From positions 185,448 to 249,447 of the forward strand of contig JBPOGH010000005.1 in NCBI GenBank assembly GCA_051252135.1: a stretch of 64,000 nt of DNA, written 5' to 3'. Position numbers and translations under genes: made by a program. The notes under the pieces were generated by a model. The model saw only the letters and a list, made by a program, of their open reading frames with translations. It was not told the DNA's origin and made no database searches. How positions within the stretch are numbered: position 1 is the first letter of the stretch; the number at the start of each line of letters is the position of its first letter. Below, in pieces: positions 57,121 to 64,000 of the stretch. This DNA comes from Verrucomicrobiaceae bacterium. Lineage in GTDB: Bacteria > Verrucomicrobiota > Verrucomicrobiia > Verrucomicrobiales > Akkermansiaceae.

Positions 57121-58158
57121 ATGAAACGCCTTACCGAACTCGCCTCCTGCGGCGGATGAGCATCCAAGCTCGGCCAAGCCGAACTCACGCAAGTCTTGCG
57201 TGGCCTCACCACCATCCCCGACCCCAACCTCCTCATCGGCTCCGCGAGCTCCGATGACGCCGCCGTCTACCGCATCAGCGATGACCTCGCCCTCGTCCAA
57301 ACCCTTGACTTCTTCACCCCCATCGTCGACGACCCCTACCTCTTCGGACAAATCGCCGCCGCCAACTCCCTCTCGGACGTCTACGCCATGGGCGGCCGCC
57401 CCATCACCGCGATGAATATCGTCGCCGTCCCCACCGATGAAATCTCCCTCGATGTCATCAATCAAATCCTCAAAGGCGGAGCCGATAAGGTCGCCGAGGC
57501 CAACTGCGCCCTCGCCGGCGGCCACACCGTCCAAAACCCCGAGCCCCTCTACGGACTCTCCGTCACCGGACTCGTCAACCCCCACCGCACCATCTCCAAT
57601 GCCGGAGCCAAACCCGGGGACCACCTCGTCCTCACCAAACCCCTCGGCACCGGCATCGTCTCCACCGCCATCAAAAAAGGACTCGCCTCCCCCACTCTCG
57701 CCCAAAAAGCCTCCGAGCACATGGCCTCCCTCAACACCCCCGGCTGCGCCATCGCCGAAGCCGGACTCACCCGCGCCGGAACCGATGTCACCGGATTCGG
57801 CCTCCTCGGCCACCTCTCACACCTCTGCCGCGAGTCCGGCGTCACCGCACGCCTCGACTCCTCCGGCATCCCCGCCATCGACCCCGACGTCCTCGACTTC
57901 ATCCGCCAGGGATGCGTCCCCGGAGGCACTAAAAAGAACCTCAAACTCGCCGAAGAATTCACCACCTTCGCACCCGAGGTATCGGAAGAAATGAAACTCC
58001 TCCTCGCCGACGCCCAAACCTCCGGCGGCCTCCTACTCGCCATCGATCCCAAAGACCTCGACCAGGCCCGCGACCTCCTCTTCGCCCAAGGCGCCCCCAT
58101 CGTCGCCGAGATCGGCATCCTCACCCAACAGGAAGAAAAAGCCATCTACGTCGCATAA
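57121..58158 (+). CDS. selD: Selenophosphate synthetase (selenide, water dikinase), selenoprotein with UGA-Sec at codon 13
   Basis: MKRLTELASCGG*ASKLG continues in frame into ORF 57196; DDAAV, QTLDFFTP, AANSLSDVYAMG, GGHT, LTKPLGTG, TDVTGFGLLGH, DAQTSGGLL. Confidence 0.95.
57170..57202 (+). promoter_or_regulatory. Candidate SECIS region of selD
   Basis: Hairpins TCGGC-CAA-GCCGA (57170-82) and CACGCAA-GTC-TTGCGTG (57186-202). Confidence 0.6.
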
Positions 58159-58230
58159 TTCTCCTTAAAAAAACCGAGCCGCAGGCTCGCAAAAAAGCCA
58201 AAAGCCAAAAGCCAAAAGCCAACCGCTCAA
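58156..58230 (+). repeat. Right copy of the selD-flanking repeat with (AAAAGCC)x4
   Basis: TAATTCTCC...CGAGCCGCAGGCTCGCAAA, AAAAGCC x4 (58193-58220), then AACCGCTCAA. Confidence 0.7.
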
Positions 58231-58272
58231 GCCCCCAATCACCTGCAAACCAGCACCCTCCGGTTTTCCCAA

Positions 58273-59205
58273 ATGCACCGCACCACCCTCGGAAAAACCA
58301 ACCTCCGGGTCTCCCCCATCTGCATCGGCACCTGGCAACTCGCCGGCCCCGTCACCTTCAATGGTGTCCCCGACGGACACCCCGACCCCGGCAAGCAAAA
58401 CGTCCTCCGCCTCATCCGCCAACTCCACGACCTCGGCCTCAACTTCATCGACACCGCCGAACAATACGGAAATGGCGAAGCCGAACGCCGCACCGGCGAA
58501 GCCCTCGCCGGCCACCGCGACCAATGGGTCATCTCCACCAAGTTCGGCTACCGCATCGGCCCCGGCAACACCCGCATCGACGACTCCTCCCCCGCCACCA
58601 TTCTCCCTAGCCTCGAGGGCTCCCTCAAACGCCTCCGCACCGACTACCTCGACATCTTCCTCTACCACTGCGCCCCCGATCCCAAAGACCTCCCCCAAGC
58701 CCTCGACATCCTCCAAAAAGCCCGCGCCGCCGGCAAAGTCCGCTTCTTCGGCATCTCCGGAGCAAACCTCGAACTCATCCAAGCCCTCCAGGCCCACGAC
58801 CTCCTCGACGTCCTCCAGTTCCCCGTCAGCCTCCTCGACCCCCGCCCGGACATCACCGACTTCGCCACCCGCCACCACACCGGCACCCAACTCCGCGGCA
58901 TCATGGCCCAAGGCCGCCTCAGCGGAAAATACCTCACTCAAAAGCCCACCTGGCACCGCGATGACAACCGCACCCACAAGGTTGCCGACGAAAACCTCTC
59001 CCGCTTCCAGGCCATGGCCGACCTCCTCCCTGAAGGAATGACCCTCGCCCAAGCCGCCATCCAGTGGGCCCTCCAACACCCCGCCCACCACACCATCTGC
59101 CTAGGCGCCAAAAACCTCCCCGACTACCAAAGCGCCCTCGCCGCCCTCGACCTCCCGCCCCTCCCACCCGACACCCTCACCCAACTCACCCAACTCGCCC
59201 CCTAA
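58273..59205 (+). CDS. Aldo/keto reductase
   Basis: IGTWQLAG, FIDTAEQYGNG, ISTKFG, SLKRLRTDYLDI, GKVRFFGIS. Confidence 0.93.
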   Translation: MHRTTLGKTNLRVSPICIGTWQLAGPVTFNGVPDGHPDPGKQNVLRLIRQLHDLGLNFIDTAEQYGNGEAERRTGEALAGHRDQWVISTKFGYRIGPGNTRIDDSSPATILPSLEGSLKRLRTDYLDIFLYHCAPDPKDLPQALDILQKARAAGKVRFFGISGANLELIQALQAHDLLDVLQFPVSLLDPRPDITDFATRHHTGTQLRGIMAQGRLSGKYLTQKPTWHRDDNRTHKVADENLSRFQAMADLLPEGMTLAQAAIQWALQHPAHHTICLGAKNLPDYQSALAALDLPPLPPDTLTQLTQLAP

Positions 59206-59208
59206 AAG

Positions 59209-59397
59209 GCAGGGACCTTTCTCCGAAAGGTCCGGCGGCTTCCACTCCATCCCGCCCCAAGATCTCCCAAACCACCCCCGTCACCTCTCCACTCCCAAAG
59301 TCCTGAAAGGACGACACAACGAAGCCCAGGGTTTCAACCCTGGGAACACCCCCGTCTGCCTGCAGACGCACTTCCCCGATCAGGGCCTCGCCCTGAT
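59209..59397. repeat. Cluster of REP-like palindromes between convergent genes
   Basis: GGACCTTTC-TCC-GAAAGGTCC, GTCCT-GAA-AGGAC, CCCAGGGTT-TC-AACCCTGGG, CGTCTGC-CT-GCAGACG, ATCAGGGC-CTC-GCCCTGAT. Confidence 0.7.
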
Positions 59398-59435
59398 TCC
59401 TCCCCCCCTAAACCAAGCCCTGAATCGGCGACACC

Positions 59436-59705
59436 TTACCCACCCTTCTTCCCGGGCGTCACCAATCCCACAAAAACGGCGCTCATCACTACAAACCCCA
59501 CATTGATCACCCTATTCCCCAAGGGATAAACCGTCTCTCCGCCCCGACCATCGCACTCACAATTTTCAATCTTCCACGGAAAAGGAAAACCATACGCCTT
59601 CGTCGTACAATACTCGAAAAAAAGATTTCGGCCCCCCTTCAACGAAAAAAGCACCACCCCTCCCACAACCACCACCAAAAAAAACACCATCAATTTCCGC
59701 TTCAT
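59436..59705 (-). CDS. Small two-TM hypothetical protein
   Basis: Two hydrophobic helices flanking YGFPFPW. Confidence 0.6.
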   Translation of the reverse strand: MKRKLMVFFLVVVVGGVVLFSLKGGRNLFFEYCTTKAYGFPFPWKIENCECDGRGGETVYPLGNRVINVGFVVMSAVFVGLVTPGKKGG

Positions 59706-59714
59706 GACTTTTCC

Positions 59715-59839
59715 GATTCACGTTTGAGACCAGCCACCCGCTACCGGGCGCGCACCTTCGCTTCTGGTTGAGATTTCTCCTCACCCTCCGGCTTCAACTC
59801 CGGAGCCATAGCCGGTTGCCCGGCGCCTACTCGTTCTTC
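59715..59839 (-). mobile_element. Degenerate attC-like site
   Basis: Minus strand GAAGAAC...ACCGGCTA...TAGCGGGT...CTCAAAC-GTGAATC; about 125 bp; overlaps the ORF 3' end and ends 10 nt before the next ATG. Confidence 0.45.
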
Positions 59840-60292
59840 TTTGTTTCTTTTCGGACGAACTTTAATCGTCTCGGGATTAAAATTCAGCGTCACACACGCC
59901 TTCACCTTCTCAACAACCTCATCGATCGAAAACGGATACCCTTTCGGGCGAACCGAATTTGCACAGTCAATGGTGATGACGAGCTTCGGATTCTTAGGAT
60001 CGCTCTTCATGTCATACGCCCCTGAGACGATGAGCCCGTAGAGCGTAATCAGATTGGTATCTGCAGGAACATTCCAAACAGTGTGGTGCGGAACATAAGG
60101 AGAATTCATCAAACCGATGACTCTCTCAAACGAGGATGAGGCTGAAGTCACACACGGCACCTCGGTCACCCCTCCTGGAGGCCCTTCATCAACAAAAAGA
60201 ACATGGGTTGGCAAATGCACCGTAATCCAGCCAGTCCCCGACCCCCACGACACCACACTGGAAAGAGTAAATATGAGAGAGATTAGTTTCAT
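59741..60292 (-). CDS. Secreted hypothetical protein (gene-cassette-like)
   Basis: Signal peptide; visibly lower GC; C-terminal GAGQPA..PE.KPEG.EK.QPEA..R.R tail. Confidence 0.7.
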   Translation of the reverse strand: MKLISLIFTLSSVVSWGSGTGWITVHLPTHVLFVDEGPPGGVTEVPCVTSASSSFERVIGLMNSPYVPHHTVWNVPADTNLITLYGLIVSGAYDMKSDPKNPKLVITIDCANSVRPKGYPFSIDEVVEKVKACVTLNFNPETIKVRPKRNKEERVGAGQPAMAPELKPEGEEKSQPEAKVRAR

Positions 60293-60417
60293 TGCTTTTA
60301 AAAGAGCGTTCAGGAACTGGCGACCCGGACAAAATGGTTCCGAACGATTCCAGATTGTCCAAAAACTACTCGATCAAATCTTCTGGCTCAAACTCAACTT
60401 TCAGCACGGGATTCCAT

Positions 60418-60816
60418 CTACTCCTTCTCCTCCACCTTGACCTCCACCTCCCCAAAATCTGGCGTCCCGTCAGCCTTCCGGTAAACCACCGCATAACGCT
60501 CCAGCAACTTGTCGGCCTTTTCCGTCTCCCCCATCAAATAATAGGCCCTGATCTGCGCCAACCGACACCCGCTCGCTACATACAGGGGAGTTGCACAATC
60601 CGGCTCATGCTCCAGGTCCTTGATCGCCACCGCCAAAGCCTTCACCAATTCCTCATACGTTTTGCAGGCAAACAACTGATCGTGCGACTCCCGCGTAATC
60701 GTTCGCGGCTCACCTCGATAATCCCAGGGACTCTTACTATCAGCCGGAATCGGATGATCCGCATAAAGACCTGCCGCACTAACAAGAAAAGTAAAAAGGA
60801 TGACTGCAGTATTCAT
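60418..60816 (-). CDS. Secreted hypothetical protein
   Basis: Signal peptide MNTAVILFTFLVSAAGLYA; minus-strand codon bias. Confidence 0.65.
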   Translation of the reverse strand: MNTAVILFTFLVSAAGLYADHPIPADSKSPWDYRGEPRTITRESHDQLFACKTYEELVKALAVAIKDLEHEPDCATPLYVASGCRLAQIRAYYLMGETEKADKLLERYAVVYRKADGTPDFGEVEVKVEEKE

Positions 60817-61001
60817 TAAAAATAGACTCGCGCGACGAGCGCCCTATCCACCAAGCGCAGCTGCCCACAAATTTTGTGCCTGCGATCGTGATTGCATCCG
60901 GCCCCTGCCGAAACTCCGGAAGCCCAAAACCCTCCAAACATGCGCGCAGTCTTTCCGGAATCAAAAATCCCGCACCACCCCACCGACACCCGGACTCCCC
61001 T

Positions 61002-62804
61002 TTACGATAACAACTGCGTCTCCGCCAAAAGCCGATACCTTCCCTGCTTCGCCATCAACTCCTCGTGCTTCCCACTCTCGGAAATCCGTCCCTCACTCAA
61101 CACCATGATCCGGTCCGCACTCTTCACCGTCGCCAGTCGATGCGCAATGATCACACTCGTCCGCCCCTTCATCAACTCATCCAGCGCTTCCTGAACCAGC
61201 CTCTCACTCTCGGAATCCAACGCACTCGTCGCTTCATCCAAAAGTAGAATTTTCGGATCCGCAAGCACCGCCCGCGCAATCGCGATCCGCTGCCGCTGGC
61301 CTCCACTCAGCTTCACCCCGCGCGGCCCCACCATCGCATCATATCCCTCCGGGAACTCGCTGATGAAATCATGCGCATTCGCCTTCCTCGCCGCCTCCAT
61401 GATCTCCTCCTCCGAAGCACCCGGCTTCCCGTATTCAATATTCTCCCGAATCGTCCCGCCAAAAAGCAACACCTCCTGCGGCACCACCGCCATCGCCGCC
61501 CGACGATCCCCCACCGGAATTTCTCCCGCCGGCTTCCCGTCAAAATACAACCCGCCCGCATCACCTTCGTAAAAACCCAGCATCAAGGAAAAGAGCGTCG
61601 ATTTCCCCGCCCCGCTCGGCCCCACCACCGCAACCCGCTCACCCGCGGCGATCTCAAAATCCACCCCGTTCAGCACCTTCGTCTCCTTCCGTGTCGGATA
61701 GGAAAACACCAGATCCTTCGCTGACATCGCCCCCGTCAACGCCACCCCGTCAGCACTCCGGTCATCCTCCATCTCTTCCCCCAAAATCTCCCGAATCCGC
61801 TCCGTCGCACCCTGCGTCTTCTGCAGCTGGCTCATGATCTCCGGCAGCGATCCCAACGAAGCCCCCACAAAAATACTGAACAAAATAAACCGCGTGAACT
61901 CCTCACCGCTGATCTTCCCTTCCGCCATCATCCCCGCTCCAAACCACACCACCACCGAGATCGTCCCAAACAGAATGAAAATGATGAAACTCACAAACGC
62001 CGCGCGCGCCTTCGATCCCTTCAGCGTCGTGTCCAAAAACAAATCCAGCGCCGCCCGATAACGCCCCTCCTCAAACTCCTCGTTCGAGTACGACTTCACA
62101 TCCGCAATCCCCTGCACCGCTTCCTCCGCCACAATGTTGCTCTGCGCCAACTGATCCTGCGCATCCTTCGACCACTTCCGGATCTTCCGCCCCACAATCG
62201 CCACCACCAGCACCACCACCGGAATCATCGCCAACATAAAGAGCGATAATTTCACCGATGCGATAAAGATGAAAATCAGCCCCCCAATAAAGGTCACCGA
62301 CTGACGTACCATCTGCGGCACCGTCGTGATCAGAGTCTCCTGAAGCACCGCCAAGTCCGCCGAAAAACGCGAACTCACCTCACCCGTCCGCCGCTCCATA
62401 AACCACGGCATCGGCAGCCGCACCAATCGCGCAAACACATCCTGACGCAAATCACACAACGCACTCTCGCCCGCCTTGATAAACCCACGCACCCGCCAGT
62501 AGGCCACGATCGACTGCAGCCCCAAAATAATCAAAAGCGTCAGGATCACCTGATCGATCCGCGCACTCACCTGCTCCGCATCCACCCCACTCTGCATCGC
62601 CTCCTGCGGACTCCCGATCAAACTCCCCAAATAATAAGGAAATGCCAGCGACATCGCACCCGTCAAAAACAACGCAATCACCGAAGGAATAAAAATCTTC
62701 CGATACTTCCCAAGATAACTGTAGAGCCCGAAGGTTTTCTTCCAATCGATCCGTCGTGATTTCTTCTCTTCTTCCGGCACGCCCAGAGTCAAGCCGGACC
62801 CCAC
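61002..62804 (-). CDS. ABC exporter, fused permease and ATPase (MsbA/ABCB-like)
   Basis: TM domain; GPSGAGKST, LSGGQRQR, LLLDEATSALD, IAHRL. Confidence 0.95.
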   Translation of the reverse strand: MGSGLTLGVPEEEKKSRRIDWKKTFGLYSYLGKYRKIFIPSVIALFLTGAMSLAFPYYLGSLIGSPQEAMQSGVDAEQVSARIDQVILTLLIILGLQSIVAYWRVRGFIKAGESALCDLRQDVFARLVRLPMPWFMERRTGEVSSRFSADLAVLQETLITTVPQMVRQSVTFIGGLIFIFIASVKLSLFMLAMIPVVVLVVAIVGRKIRKWSKDAQDQLAQSNIVAEEAVQGIADVKSYSNEEFEEGRYRAALDLFLDTTLKGSKARAAFVSFIIFILFGTISVVVWFGAGMMAEGKISGEEFTRFILFSIFVGASLGSLPEIMSQLQKTQGATERIREILGEEMEDDRSADGVALTGAMSAKDLVFSYPTRKETKVLNGVDFEIAAGERVAVVGPSGAGKSTLFSLMLGFYEGDAGGLYFDGKPAGEIPVGDRRAAMAVVPQEVLLFGGTIRENIEYGKPGASEEEIMEAARKANAHDFISEFPEGYDAMVGPRGVKLSGGQRQRIAIARAVLADPKILLLDEATSALDSESERLVQEALDELMKGRTSVIIAHRLATVKSADRIMVLSEGRISESGKHEELMAKQGRYRLLAETQLLS

Positions 62805-62953
62805 CCGTTCGTCAAATCACGATCTCACCCCACCCCGAGTTTAAAATGGACGAAGGCCGGGGAACCCCTGATAAAAGAGAAGGTGATAGCGCAGATCCCT
62901 CAGCTTGCTTCGCTCCCCATTTCCGCTAGCCTGCTCCCTTAAATCTCATTCCG

Positions 62954-63853
62954 ATGAAAAACCTTCTCTTCCTCTCACTTCTCATCGCCCCTCTCCACGG
63001 AGCGATCATCATCGATGGATTCTCGGCCCCGCTCCACGACCGCTTCGCAAATAACGGCTCCTTCATCGCCAATTCCAAGGACCTCTCCGGCGTCGGCCGC
63101 CTCTCCGCCACCGCCTCCTCCCCTGCCAGCGGCAGCATCCTCCCCTGGGCCACCATGCTCAGCAACAACGTCTTCGTCGCCGCCAGCCACACCGTTCCCG
63201 GTGGCACCGTCACCTTCTACCCCGGTAACGACCCCACCGCCACCCCCGTCGTCCGCACCGTCGCCAGCACCTCCATCATCAGCGGGTCGGACATCACCCT
63301 CGGCGTCCTCAGCACTCCCGTCCCCTCCACCATCGCCTTCTACGCCTACGAGACCGAAACCATCTCAGACATCGCCGGGGCCAACGTCGAAGGCAAAAAC
63401 GCCTACCTCAGCGGCGTGACCTCCAATTCCGGCGCCTCCTACGGCGCCACCGGCGGCACCACCAACCAGGCCGTCGGCAGAAATCTCATCGATGGCTTCG
63501 CGGCCGCAGTCGATATCTCCGGACGCCCCACCGATGTCCTCCTCGCCCGCTACAACCTCTCCGGCGACACCACCCCCCAACCCTACACCACTTACGAAAC
63601 CCTCCAGCAAGGCGGAGACTCCGGCTCCCCTCTCTTTGTCGATGACGGAGTCAGCGGACTCCAGCTTGTCGGCATCACTTCCGCCATCGGCACCGTCGAT
63701 GACCCCCTCCCCGAGCGCGACGTCAGCGCCTACGCCTACCTCGGCAACTACTCGGGCGCCATCGACTCTTACATCGCCGCAAACGCCGTCCCCGAGCCCG
63801 GCACCGCCACCCTTCTCCTCCTCTCCGGAATCTTCTTCCTCCGGCGCCGCTAG
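62954..63853 (+). CDS. PEP-CTERM-anchored trypsin-like serine protease
   Basis: Signal peptide; VAASH, DITLG, GGDSGSPL; VPEPGT-TM-RRR. Confidence 0.85.
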   Translation: MKNLLFLSLLIAPLHGAIIIDGFSAPLHDRFANNGSFIANSKDLSGVGRLSATASSPASGSILPWATMLSNNVFVAASHTVPGGTVTFYPGNDPTATPVVRTVASTSIISGSDITLGVLSTPVPSTIAFYAYETETISDIAGANVEGKNAYLSGVTSNSGASYGATGGTTNQAVGRNLIDGFAAAVDISGRPTDVLLARYNLSGDTTPQPYTTYETLQQGGDSGSPLFVDDGVSGLQLVGITSAIGTVDDPLPERDVSAYAYLGNYSGAIDSYIAANAVPEPGTATLLLLSGIFFLRRR

Positions 63854-63866
63854 GAATTTTTCCGCC

Positions 63867-64000
63867 CTAGGGAAGCGCTGATGAAAGAGGGAGTTCGCTG
63901 CTGCAAGTCATTTTGAAGTCTGACAAGGCGCGAAGGGCGACGCTGATGATCAGCGGCTCCCTGAGCAACGCTGCCAGATTCCAAAAGGGCTGCAGCTCCT
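63867..64000. mobile_element. MITE-like palindromic element (truncated by the window end)
   Basis: Starts CTAG-GGAAGCGCTGATGAAA; nested inverted segments GCTGCA/TGCAGC, TTTTG/CAAAA, TCTG/CAGA, AGGG/CCCT and CGCTGA/TCAGCG. Confidence 0.5.

Noticed and set aside
54725..58158. Selenoneine-type senABC cluster (selD next to a glycosyltransferase)
   Set aside because: The neighbour is a DPM1-like GT2 on the opposite strand, not a SenB-type enzyme, and no EgtB/SenA-like gene is present.
1..64000. Genome-wide reassignment of TGA (genetic code 4 or 25)
   Set aside because: TGA acts as a normal stop in many genes (e.g. 2427, 8424, 21612, 49176) and Trp is encoded by TGG; only two in-frame TGAs were found, both at Cys sites.

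Overview
A gene-dense, GC-rich bacterial chromosomal segment. It is most likely Verrucomicrobiota, inferred from four PEP-CTERM genes, DUF1592/1552/1501/1549-1553 proteins, sulfatases and a LamG-CotH-lamin-tail giant. The + strand is extremely C-rich whichever strand codes, so most long overlapping ORFs in the track are shadows. Housekeeping content includes nadK, rpoA-rplQ, rpsP, tRNA-Ser(CGA), a photolyase, a Zn/Mn ABC operon with two palindromic operators, a MoxR-DUF58-transglutaminase cluster and ABC transporters. The main hidden signal is two genes that the ORF track splits at in-frame TGA codons. Each TGA falls exactly on a conserved catalytic Cys position and is followed by a SECIS-like hairpin: selD (57121-58158, CGG-U-ASK) and an E1-like MoeB-rhodanese fusion (3345-4460, VPT-U-AEAG). 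Both are best read as selenoproteins. Other observations: tRNA-3'-end tandem repeats; direct repeats flanking selD; an active/pseudo HtrA pair; a stand-alone AP2-like protein; a DUF1592/DUF1552 pair separated by about 8.7 kb with a 10-bp direct repeat at the ends; a decayed attC-like cassette cluster; REP/MITE-like hairpins; and many apparently leaderless promoters. All calls come from motif recognition by eye; no database searches were run.
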